From: Dendrobates tinctorius
Lineage: Eukaryota
Reading direction: 5' to 3'
Assembly (NCBI RefSeq): GCF_039654945.1
Contig: NW_027361788.1
Coordinates: 33,852,001-33,916,000 of the forward strand
DNA: 64,000 nucleotides
Part shown: piece after piece, positions 54,701-64,000 of the stretch
Position numbering within the stretch: position 1 is the first letter of the stretch
Layout: every line of letters starts with the position of its first letter
The notes under the pieces: generated by a model
Databases searched by the model: none
What the model was told of the DNA's origin: nothing
Seen by the model: the letters and a program-made list of their open reading frames with translations, nothing else
Made by a program: the position numbers and the translations under genes

Positions 54701-57700
54701 ATTTTTACAATTCTGACCACTGTCAATTTGAGGTTATAGCTCTGGAACGCTTCCGTTGATTCTGACATTGTTTGCTCGTGACATATTGTACTTCATGATA
54801 GGGGTAAAATTTCTTTGATATGACATGCGTTTATTTGTGGAAAAAGCGGAAATTTGACTAAAATTTCACAATTTTCAAACTTTTAGTTTTTATGCTCATA
54901 AATCAGAGTTATATCACACAAAATAGTTACTAAATAACATTTCCCACATGTCTACTTTACATCAGCACAATTTTGGAAATAATTTTTTTTTGTTAGGAAG
55001 TTATAAGGGTTAAAAAATGACCAGCAAGTTCTCATTTTTACAACAAAATTTGCAAAACCATTTTTTTTTTTTTTTTTTTTTTTTAGGGACCACCTCACAT
55101 TTGAAGTGACTTTGAGGGGTCTATATGACAGAAAAAACCCCAAAGTGACACCATTCTAAAAATTGCACCCCTCGAGGCGCTCAAAAGTTTATTAACTCTT
55201 CAGGTGCTTCACAGGAATTTTTGGAATGTGGAAGAAAAAAATAAACATTTACTTTTCTTTCACAAAAATTTTCTTTTAAACATTATTTATTTTTACTTTT
55301 GCAAGGGTAAAAGGAGAAAATGGACTATACATTTTGTTGTGCAATTTCTCCTGAGCATGCCGATACCCCATATGTGGGGGAAATCTACTGTTTGGGCGCA
55401 CGGCAGTGCTCGAAAGGGAAGAGCACCATTTGAATGCAAAATTTGATGGAATAATTAACGGACACCATGTCACGTTTGAAGAGCCCCTGATGTGCCTAAA
55501 CAGTGGAAATCCCCCACAAGTGACACCATTTTGGAAACTAGCCCCATTAGGGAACTTATCTACAGGTGTATTGAGCACCTTGAACCTACAGGTGCTTCAC
55601 AGAAGTTTATAGCATAGAGCCATGGAAATTAAAGAGAAAAAAAAATTAAATCACATTTTTCCCACAAAAATCAATTTTAGCTACAAATTTTGTATTTTCA
55701 AAAGGGCAAAAGGGACCCCAGAGTTTGTTGTGCAATTTCTCCTGAGTACACCGATACCCCATATGTGGTCGAAAACTACTTCTGAGGCACAGTGAAAGCC
55801 TCTGTTCAGCAGTGTCCTTTTCAGAAGTGCACAAAAATGTGCACTCTAAAAAAGCTGGACACCGCCGGATCACAGGTCCTATGGCATCCACAGTGCCTCC
55901 ATCTGCCTCATTATAGGGAATCTTTCACTGGAGGTTCTGTCTGAATCATGTACTTCAGAGATTTACACGGCAACCCCGGTGTAAGCACTCAGCGTAGAGA
56001 CCAAGATAAATGTGCGCCGAACCTTACTGCGATCTTTGGGAGGCAGAATGAAAGCGATACCTCATTTATATCATTTTTTATGTTTTGGCGCTTTTACACA
56101 ATAAAAACTTTTATAGAAAAAATAATTATTTTTGCATCGCTTTATGCTGAGAGCTATAACTTTTTTATTTTTTCGGTAATGGAGCTATATGGCGGCTTGT
56201 CTTTTTCCGGGACAAGATGACGTTTTCAGCTGTACCATTTTTATTTACATCCGTCTTTTTGATCGTGTTTTATTGCACTTTTTTCGGCAGTATGATGATA
56301 AAGCATTGTTTTTTGCCTTTTTTTTTTTTTTTAACAGTGTGCACTGAATGGGTTAACTAGTGGGACAGTTCTATCGAGTGGGTCATTACAGATGTGGCGA
56401 TACCAAATATATGTACTTTTATTTTTTTTGTTTTTTTTACATAAATAAATGTATTTATTGGTAAAATATTTATTTTCTTCATTTAGGGGTTTTAAAAAAA
56501 ATATTTTTACAATGTCATATTTTTTTTTTTTTTTTTTACTTTGTCCCAGTATGGGACATCACTGTATAATCCTTTGAAGCTCAACCAGAAGGCTGACACC
56601 AAGGGTGCATTTAGCAGCACTCACCTGCCATAACATCCAATCATCATCCTGCAATCTCATTGGAAGCCTTCCCACTATCCTACTCCCTCCATGTAGCCAC
56701 TGCCATTCATTGGCAACATCATTTAAATGGGTAAAATGAATTGCTATACCCCTTACAGGTGACCGCCTATCCAAAGTTTGAGTATCTGGAGGGTCGCCCC
56801 TCTGATCCCAAGAAAAAGGCTGTGAAACACCCCCTTGGAGCCCAATTAATTCTCTTAAAGATGGCTGCAGATTGTCCAGTACTCTGTTATCTCCAACAGT
56901 CTCATGTACATAAGCGTGCACATGCATCGGCAGCCAATGCTCCATCAGACAAGGCTCTGATCTCGGGATCGCTGAGGGTCCCCATTAATCTGCAATCCCG
57001 TAATACCTACAAGCTAATGTCGGTCTCCTCCTTGATCCGGTCAATGCTCCTCCTCAGACGGGAGTTTTCATTTTCAGTCTCTGCCAGTTCCAGTGACACT
57101 TCGTTCAGCTCCTCGTTCCTGGCGGTCAGCGCCCGCTTGGACGCTGCCAGTCGCTCCTCATATCGCTCGGTGGAGTGGTCCCTCTTCTGCTGCTCCACCT
57201 GCAGAGGTTGGATTGTCATCCTTGTGCCAATGCAGTACGGCGGTCGCCCCTTGCTGGTCCCCTTACCTCGTTCTTCAGGGTGCCCACTTCAGACATCAGG
57301 CTGTCAATCTTCTTTTCGTAGGAGTTGATCTTGCCGCGCATGTACTCCTCCTCGTCGGTGGACAGGTCGCTCATACGCAGGGCGGACATCATCTTCTCCA
57401 CGTCCGGGGGGGTGATCTCCAAACGATGGCTCAAACCCTAGGGAAGATGAACCTGGATGTGATTTTTATAATCACTGCACCAGTTAGATTGGTAGAAACT
57501 GCAGTCGAGGTCCGATCAGGGGCGAACACGAGAACTACAAATTCTGCTATGGAAAACAGCCTCATACATAGAATAAAAAAAAGTTATGGCTTGTAGAAGA
57601 AAGGGGGGGAGGGGGGGGGAGATTGGCTGCAGCGTGGCAAGGTTAACCCTCTCTATCTCTCTACATTTGCCTGGCGATCACTTACCTCCCACTTGAAGCC

Positions 57701-58172
57701 GGCATCCCGCATAGATGTCTTTCCCGGGGGAATCCAAGGAACTCTGGTCTTTACCTTAACACTTCGCCGGAAGTTTCCCACGTCGCCCTTTATTTTGCTT
57801 TTGGTCCCTTTCTGTTTACAGAATCAAAAATATTACAAAGCAGCAGCACCTCTTGAATCAGCTGATTGGCCGGGGTGGTGGAAGATACTTAGGATAAGTG
57901 AACAAATTTATAGTTATAAAGAATCCCTTTAAATAATAAAACTGTCACTAGGTGGCGCTCACAGCAGACGTATTTAATAGGAGTCTAAAGCAAATCCCCC
58001 CCAGTGGCTGCTGCAAGTACAACGTGATTAAAGGGGTGAAAAGTTTTCCTGGTAGCGGTTGTCCTACCTGTACTTTGGAAGTGATTTTCGGACCCTTCTT
58101 AACATGGACGTGTACGGGAGTGCTCTCGTCTACATGGACGTGCAATGGTGGAGACGGGGAGCGGTTCTTCAT
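20890..58172 (-). CDS. ODF2: Outer dense fiber protein 2 / cenexin isoform, 19 coding exons, ~828 aa
   Basis: Exons (minus) are 58172-58068, 57811-57686, 57437-57267, 57198-57011, 54348-54219, 54125-53994, 36946-36872, 35809-35738, 35652-35536, 34580-34395, 34267-34158, 33268-33133, 32475-32365, 32191-32087, 30472-30314, 30079-29979, 29782-29620, 29127-29002 and 21063-20890, totalling 2487 nt in frame. The N-terminus is MKNRSPSPPLHVHVDESTPVHVH and the C-terminus is LEQSESTNRSMQNYVQFLKSSY..SSPIRPRTPL*. Confidence 0.95.
22878..24365 (+). pseudogene. DIRS copy C gag (two compensating frameshifts)
   Basis: ATG at 22878 (CSSCNRK..CLDC). The body is in another frame from ~23320 to ~24270. The native C-terminus SFRPTPSW..RSGRSTSA* ends at 24365 and is homologous to the copy B end. 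Confidence 0.85.
24361..26268 (+). CDS. DIRS copy C pol: reverse transcriptase, RNase H and methyltransferase-like domain, open frame
   Basis: Uninterrupted frame LGGRL..FYSNLFVVPKKDG..RPILDLK..DIQDAYLH..LPFGLATAPRVF..PYLDDILI..TTDAS..IQTDN..DLMAS..YLFPPL..APNWPRR..LTAWLL*. Confidence 0.93.
   Translation, partial: HDYHRAREGPFQLGGRLLSFRDVWLAAVEDAWVREVVSSGYKIEFVSLPRDRFFESRPPKDPALIPGFSTAIAALLSSGVIVPVPESERFTGFYSNLFVVPKKDGAVRPILDLKLLNKRVRLRHFRMESLRSVIASMEEQEFMCSIDIQDAYLHVPIFSGHQKFLRFAIRQHHYQFVALPFGLATAPRVFTKIMAALMALLRVRGLVLFPYLDDILIKAPSFQKAHQSLSIVLDTLSNFGWIVNRKKSCLVPTQRLVFLGLLFDTRRSRVFLPQEKILSLQQEVRSLQTSRFPSLRTAMRVLGKMVAAIEAVPFAQFHARPLQQAILSKWNRSPRSLDRPVHLSYRIKRSLNWGLSSPLILSGRSFLPIHWQIVTTDASLGWGAVFRNHTAQGRWSDRESALPINVLEIRAIHLALVHWERLLKGLLVRIQTDNATAVAYVNRQGGTLSVSALAEVSKILRWAEISVPTISAVHIPGVDNWAADFLSHEGLAAGEWSLHPEVFHLLCLQWGTPDVDLMASRLNRKVPQFVSRSRDPLAVGADALAVPWSQFELPYLFPPLPLLPKLLKKIKAEGLPVILIAPNWPRRSWFEDIVNLLADAPWKLPDRTDLLSQGPICHPNSRPLNLTAWLLRPRF
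24366..27284 (+). pseudogene. DIRS copy C ORF3 tyrosine recombinase (long N-terminal overlap with pol; indels in the catalytic half)
   Basis: Frame 0 is open from 24366 to 26774. YR motifs VRRVSELAAL, HSTRAVGASW and TFVKFY (the catalytic R, HxxR and Y) are split by indels near 26745, 26808 and 26930. Confidence 0.9.
33345..33698. mobile_element. T2-type MITE in an ODF2 intron
   Basis: Ends TTAAAAGGGGTTCTCTGG ... TGGATAACCTCTTTAA with internal inverted blocks. Confidence 0.55.
33715..34010. mobile_element. Palindromic MITE
   Basis: TGCAGGACCGGGCAATATAAT..TTATTAGAGGTTTTTGCT..CTGCAGCACCGAC is mirrored by GTCGGTGATGCAG..AGCAAACACCTCTAATAA..ATTATACTGCCCAGTCCTGCA. Confidence 0.65.
34901..35503. 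mobile_element. Solo LTR (603 bp) of an LTR retrotransposon
   Basis: Termini TGTCA...TGACA are flanked by a 5-bp direct repeat CCAAT (34896-34900, 35504-35508). Confidence 0.8.
36694..36772. repeat. (TA)n microsatellite
   Basis: Pure AT dinucleotide run of ~78 bp. Confidence 0.97.
37119..53568. repeat. Giant intronic minisatellite, 20-bp unit GGTGAAATGAGGGGAGGATT (19- and 17-bp variants), ~16.4 kb
   Basis: Direct tandem periodicity throughout. It lies between ODF2 exons 54125-53994 and 36946-36872. Confidence 0.99.
54654..56570. mobile_element. Non-autonomous DNA transposon with TTAACCCCTT terminus (piggyBac/Kolobok-like), with internal direct duplication
   Basis: Starts TTAACCCCTTTGAGACC. 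Duplicated blocks CAGGTGCTTCACAG..TTTGTTGTGCAATTTCTCCTGAG..CCGATACCCCATATGTGG lie at ~55200-55380 and ~55590-55770. The right boundary is approximate. Confidence 0.6.
57947..57960 (+). promoter_or_regulatory. CTCF-like motif in an ODF2 intron
   Basis: CACTAGGTGGCGCT is close to the CTCF core consensus. Similar motifs occur at ~6058-6073 and ~6970-6985. Motif match only. Confidence 0.4.
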
Positions 58173-58929
58173 TGCTCTCTGTTGGATGGTTTTCTGAAAA
58201 AAAAAAAAAAAAAAAAAGCAAAGAAGAAATAATATGTAAAAAAAAATAAATAAATAAATTCCACCAAAAATCCTCAAGACTGCAGCAACATGTGCTTATA
58301 TATTAATTCCTCATATATCACATTCCTCAATAAATAAGACGTTCATCAGACAACATGCTGCCGCCTAGGGCAGCCTGTACTATGCAGACCGCTATCAGAC
58401 AGCAGCAGACGTCAGGAAGGCTCTTAATGGGGTATTTCTAGAATAATCCAGTGCAAAATGTCCAGATTTTGCTTGAAATTCATCTGCACAAATCCACAAT
58501 CTTCCCGTTATATTTGCATCTTCCCCGATGATCTGGATCAGAACAGACTCCCATTGATGCGGATTAAGCCCATCTGTAGTCAGCAGCGCTGAGAGCGAGC
58601 CTGATGGGCTGGGGGAAATGCTGCGGCCCTGGGGAGATGACGGCCATGCTTATTTATCCCCATGGAGCATTGCTGGTACATCTGGATCTGTTCCACCAGA
58701 AGCAGCACCCGGAGCACTCACTAGAGGAGACGGCAGATATACTGGCAGCACGGCGGCATCCTCCCGGGTGCTGAGGAGCCGTCTCCTGGGCTGCACCGAC
58801 TGCAGCGATCCCCGGAGACTGTAAACTGTCCCTATAGTTACCGATGCTTCTTACAACTGTCTGATCCCGAAGCCAAGACGCTCCCTGATGTGGGAGAGGC
58901 CGAGTGACATAGGAGCTCAGGACACCGGG

Positions 58930-61352
58930 TGTGTACAGCATGAGGGACAGCGTACACAGCACGAGAGACAGTGTATACAGCATGAGGAATGGCGTACACA
59001 GCATGAGGGACAGTATATACAGCACGGGGGGACACAGCAATACAGCATGGGGGACGGCTTACACAGCACGAGAGACAGTGTATACAGCATGAGGGATGGC
59101 ATACACAGCATGAGGTACAGTATATACAGCACGGGGGACGGCTTACACAGCACGAGAGACAGTGTATACAGCATGAGGGATGGCATACACAGCATGAGGT
59201 ACAGTATATACAGCACGGGGGACGGCTTACACAGCACGAGAGACAGTGTATACAGCATGAGGGATGGCATACACAGCATGAGGGACAGTATATACAGCAT
59301 GGGGGACGGCTTACACAGCACGAGAGACAGTGTATACAGCATGAGGGACGGCATACACAGCATGAGGTACAGTATATACAGCACGGGGGACGGCTTACAC
59401 AGCACGAGAGACAGTGTATACAGCATGAGGGATGGCATACACAGCATGAGGGACAGTATATACAGCATGGGGGACGGCTTACACAGCACGAGAGACAGTG
59501 TATACAGCATGAGGGACGGCATACACAGCACGAGAGACAGTGTATACAGCATGAGGGATGGCATACACAGCATGAGGTACAGTATATACAGCACGGGGGA
59601 CGGCTTACACAGCACGAGAGACAGTGTATACAGCATGAGGGATGGCATACACAGCATGAGGTACAGTATATACAGCACGGGGGACGGCGTACACAGCATG
59701 AGGGACAGTATATACAGCACGGGGGACGGCTTACACAGCACGAGAGACAGTGTATACAGCATGAGGGATGGCATACACAGCATGAGGTACAGTATATACA
59801 GCACGGGGGACGGCTTACACAGCACGAGAGACAGTGTATACAGCATGAGGGATGGCATACACAGCATGAGGTACAGTATATACAGCACGGGGGACGGCGT
59901 ACACAGCATGAGGGACAGTATATACAGCACGGGGGACGGCATACACAGCAAGAGAGAGAGTATATACAGCACGGGGGACGGCATACACAGCAAGAGAGAG
60001 AGTATATACAGCACGGGGGACGGCGTACACAGCAAGAGAGAGTATATACAGCACGGGGGACGGCGTACACAGCATGAGGGACAGTATATACAGCACGGGG
60101 GACGGCATACACAGCAAGAGAGAGAGTATATACAGCACGGGGGACGGCGTACACAGCAAGAGAGAGTATATACAGCACGGGGGACGGCGTACACAGCAAG
60201 AGAGAGAGTATATACAGCACGGGGGACGGCGTACACAGCAAGAGAGAGTATATACAGCACGGGGGACACAGCAAGAGGGACAGTATATACAGCATGGGGG
60301 ACGGCGTACACAGCACGGGAGACAGTGTATACAGCATGAGGGATGGCATACACAGCATGAGGTACAGTAAATACAGCACGGGGGACGGCATACACAGCAA
60401 GAGAGAGAGTATATACAGCACGGGGGACGGCGTACACAGCAAGAGAGAGTATATACAGCACGGGGGACGGCATACACAGCAAGAGAGAGTATATACAGCA
60501 CGGGGGACGGCGTACACAGCATGAGGGACAGTATATACAGCACGGGGGACGGCATACACAGCACGGGAGACAGTGTATACAGCATGAGGAATGGCATACA
60601 CAGCATGAGGTACAGTAAATACAGCACGGGGGACGGCATACACAGCAAGAGAGAGAGTATATACAGCACGGGGGACGGCGTACACAGCAAGAGAGAGAGT
60701 ATATACAGCACGGGGGACGGCGTACACAGCAAGAGAGAGAGTATATACAGCACAGGGGGACGGCGTACACAGCAAGAGAGAGAGTATATACAGCACGGGG
60801 ACACAGCAAGAGGGACAGTATATACAGCATGGGGGACGGCGTACACAGCACGGGAGACAGTGTATACAGCATGAGGGATGGCATACACAGCATGAGGTAC
60901 AGTAAATACAGCACGGGGGACGGCATACACAGCAAGAGAGAGTATATACAGCACGGGGGACGGCGTACACAGCAAGAGAGAGAGTATATACAGCACGGGG
61001 GACGGCGTACACAGCAAGAGAGAGTATATACAGCACGAGGGACGGCATACACAGCATGAGGGACATTAAATACAGCACAAGGAACAGTATATACAGCACT
61101 GGTGACAGCGTACACAGCATGAGGGACAGTATATACAGAACAGGGGACAGTATATACAGCACGGGAGACGGCGTACGCAGCACGGGGGACAGTATATACA
61201 GCACGAGGGACAGCGTACGCAGCTTGGAGGACAGTATATACAGCACAGGAGACAGTATATACAGGACGGGGGACCGAGCAAGGGAGACTGTATATACAGG
61301 ACGGGGGACCGAGCAAGGGAGACTGTATATACAGCACAGGGGACAGTATATA
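58930..61352. repeat. Second minisatellite, ~20-bp unit (TAYACAGCAYGRGGGACRGY) with 40/80-bp higher-order structure
   Basis: Tandem units alternate TATACAGC and TACACAGC. Two further degenerate units resume at ~62965-63000, after the Tc1 element. Confidence 0.97.
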
Positions 61353-62973
61353 CACTACCGTGTAGAAGTTTAGGGTCACTTAGAAATGTCCTTATTTTTG
61401 AAAGAAAAGCACATTGTTTTCCAATGAAGCTAACATTAAATGATTCAGAAATACACTCTATATATTGTTAATGTGGTAAATGACTTTTCTAGCTGCAAAT
61501 AACTGGTTTGCAATGCAATATCTTCATAGGTGTATAGAGGCCCATTTCCAACAACCATCACTCCAGTGTTCTTATGGTACTTTGTGTTTGCTAACTGTGT
61601 AAGGCGGCTAATGGATGGTTAGGATACCCTTGGAAACCCTTGTGCAGGTATGTTAGTACAGCTGAAAATAGTTTGGCTGATTAGAGAAGCTATATACCTG
61701 ACCTTCCTTTGAGCTAGTTGAGAGTCTGGAGCATTATATTTGTTGGTTCCATTAAACTCTCAAAATGGCCAGAAGAAAAGAACTTTCATGTGAAACTCAA
61801 CAGTCTATTCTTGTTCTTAGAAATTAAGGCTATTCCATGCGAGAAATTGCCAAGAGACTGAAGATTTCCTACAACGGTGTGTACTACTCCCTTCAGAGGA
61901 GAGCACAAACAGGCTCTAACCAGAGTAGAAAGAGAAGTGAGAGGCTCCCCTGCACAACTGAGCAACAAGACAAGTACATTAGAGTTTGTAGGTTGAGAAA
62001 TCGACGCCTCACAGGTCCTCAACTGGCTGCTTCATTAAATAGTACACGCAAAATGCCAGTGTCAACGTCTACAGTGAAGAGGCGACTCCTGGATGCTGGC
62101 CTTCAGGGCAGAGTGGCAAAGAAAAAGCCATATCTGAGACTGGCTAATAAAAGGAAAAGATTAATATGGGCAAAAGAACACAGACATTGGACAGAGGAAG
62201 ATTGGAAAAAAGTGTTATGGACAGACGAATCCAAGTTTGAGGTGTTTGGATCACACAGAAGAACATTTGTGAGATGCAGAACAACTGAAAAGATGCTGGA
62301 AGAGTGCCTGACGCCATCTGTCAAGCATGGTGGAGGTAATGTGATGGTCTCGGGTTGCTTTGGTGCAGGTAAAGTGGGAGATTTGTACAAGGTAAAAGGG
62401 ATTTTGAATAAGGAAGGCTATCACTCCATTTTGCAACGCCATGCCATACCCTGTGGACAGCGCTTGATTGGAGCCAATTACATCCTACAACAGGACAATG
62501 ACCCAAAGCACACCTCCAAATTATGCAAGAACTATTTCGGGAAGAAGCAGGCAGCTGGTATTCTATCTGTAATGGAGTGGCCAGCGCAGTCACCAGATCT
62601 CAACCCCATTGAGCTGTTGTGGGAGCAGCTTGACCGTATGGTACGCAAAAAGTGCCCATCAAGCCAAACCAACTTGTGGGAGGGGCTTCTGGAAGCATGG
62701 GGTGAAATTTCTCCAGATTACCTCAGCAAATTAACTGCTAGAATGCCAAAGGTCTGCAATGCTGGAATTGCTGCAAAGGGAGAATTCTTTGACGAAAGCA
62801 AAGTTTGAAGGAGGAAATTACTATTTCAAATAAAAATTGCTTTTCTAACCTTGTCAATGTCTGGACTAGATTTTAAATTCATTTGGCAACTCATTTGATT
62901 AATAAAGGTATGAGTTTTCATGGAAAACACAAAATGGTCTGGGTGACCTCAAACTTTGGAACAGGGGACCGTG
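61353..62973 (+). mobile_element. Tc1/mariner transposon, DD38E type
   Basis: Left TIR TA|CACTACCGTGTAGAAGTTTAGGGTCAC and degenerate right TIR GTGACCTCAAACTTTGGAACAG..GTG|TA enclose a transposase ORF and an AATAAA. Confidence 0.93.
61765..62808 (+). pseudogene. Tc1-like transposase with one premature stop
   Basis: ATG at 61765 gives MARRKELSCETQQSILVLRN, then TAA at 61825-61827, then an in-frame 323-aa ORF with WTDESKF, QQDNDPKH and WPAQSPDLNPIE. Confidence 0.92.
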
Positions 62974-63557
62974 TATACAGCACAGGGTACAGTGTATGCA
63001 CCACTGCCATACTGGCTCCCAGAGTGGACTCCTTTTACGTTTGGCTTCTGTAACGTTCTTCACTGAACACCGCACAATGCTCACTGTTGACATTCTTTCT
63101 TCCTTCCCAGACCTCTGCTTGCTGTTAGTGAATGTACACGCCATTGTTGTGCCATGATGCCGCTGATTATCAGGATTTACACAGGAAGGTTCTCATGGAC
63201 TAAAATCAAGCAGAGGTCCAAAACAATCACTGCCTATAGATTGGTGGTCTCTAAAGTGCAGTCCCTCGAAACTGCTGCAAAACTACAACACCCAGCATGC
63301 CCCATCCACTCAGGCTGCGAGATGTGTCTGTAGAGGCCTTGGGCATGCTGGGAGTTGTAGTTTTCCAGACTGATGAGAAAAGATTTGAGACTACCACTAT
63401 GGAAAAATAATCAAGGTCTAAGTGGCAGGCGATATGGGACTACAAGTCACAGAAAAACCATAATACCATTCATCAGGACTGCTGAGAGTTGTAATCTCCC
63501 AACTATAGCAAAACAATAACTCGTCACCCACATTATCCCCACCAGCTTCGCTCTTAC

Positions 63558-63650
63558 CAATGGCGGCGGCATCTTTAGCAGCGACCACTGCCAAAACCCC
63601 TTTCTCCCCCTATTGGAGTCCCATCAGCTTCAGCAGCTCTGCGGCTCAGC
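63558..63650 (-). other. ODF2: Probable first exon of ODF2
   Basis: CpG-rich segment next to the promoter, ending in the strong donor TTG|GTAAGA at 63558. The 5' limit is approximate. Confidence 0.6.
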
Positions 63651-63860
63651 TTTGTTCCGGGACACGCCCCCTCGGGCCAATCATTGGTTACTTCAAACGT
63701 CGTCCCAAATGAATTCGCCCTTTGATTGGTGGAGGCAGAAAAAAGGGGCGGTACTTTGAAACGGCTGTTGTCCTGACAACACTCGAAGACGCGTTCGGTT
63801 TCCTGGTTTGGTGAAGTCATGACCCGGAAGCAGTAAGGCGTAGCCCGGAAGTGGTCGTTC
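63650..63860. promoter_or_regulatory. Bidirectional CpG-rich promoter ODF2/GLE1
   Basis: CCAAT boxes at 63677, 63683 and 63725, GC box at 63745-63751, CHR-like TTTGAA at 63755-63760 and reversed at 63692-63697, and ETS CCGGAAG at 63824 and 63845. Confidence 0.75.
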
Positions 63861-63912
63861 TGTGTTGCCGTTGCTGCTGCCGTTGCTGCTGCTTTCGCCG
63901 AGATCTGCAGCC

Positions 63913-64000
63913 ATGCCGAGGAAGTTGGACATGGAGACCCTGGAGGCGCTGAGGAACTCTTCTAAGGGGAGGCTGCAGTATAACAGAGGCAGGGGATTGG
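63913..64000 (+). CDS. GLE1: mRNA export factor GLE1, start of exon 1 (runs off window)
   Basis: GCAGCCATG opens MPRKLDMETLEALRNSSKGRLQY, versus human [24 protein letters not shown] as recalled. GLE1 neighbours ODF2 in human. Confidence 0.88.
   Translation, partial: MPRKLDMETLEALRNSSKGRLQYNRGRGL

Noticed and set aside
58838-61379. Cys-rich keratin-associated/ODF1-like ORFs and YSTGD-repeat ORFs
   Set aside because: They are open in several frames on both strands of an intronic minisatellite and have no unique domain.
63281-63362. Hairpin ncRNA near the ODF2 promoter
   Set aside because: ACTACAAC..CCCAGCATGCCC / GGGCATGCTGGGAGTTGTAGT looks like a common short palindromic repeat, and nothing supports an RNA gene.

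Overview
Vertebrate genomic DNA, most likely anuran (frog); the taxon is inferred from the repeat families. The window holds four host genes whose human orthologues lie at 9q34.11. These are BBLN/C9orf16 (-, 2 exons), PTGES2 (+, 7 exons, head-to-head with BBLN, ATGs 151 bp apart), ODF2/cenexin (-, 19 coding exons, ~828 aa, two GC-AG introns) and the start of GLE1 (+, head-to-head with ODF2). Three diverged DIRS1-type tyrosine-recombinase retrotransposons lie in the first 28 kb. The third is nested in a fold-back hAT (hATm-like) derivative inside the last ODF2 intron. Other repeats are a ~16.4 kb 20-bp minisatellite, a second ~2.4 kb minisatellite, a DD38E Tc1-like element, a solo LTR, a Penelope-like remnant and several MITEs. 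The most interesting signal is in the DIRS elements. In all three, gag ends at TGA-C; the recombinase ORF continues in frame 0 after that stop, and the RT/RNaseH ORF starts in frame +1 with no ATG. This suggests a single dual recoding site (readthrough plus +1 frameshift). The DIRS leaders also carry arrays of covarying RNA hairpins. The huge ORFs over the minisatellites are artefacts.
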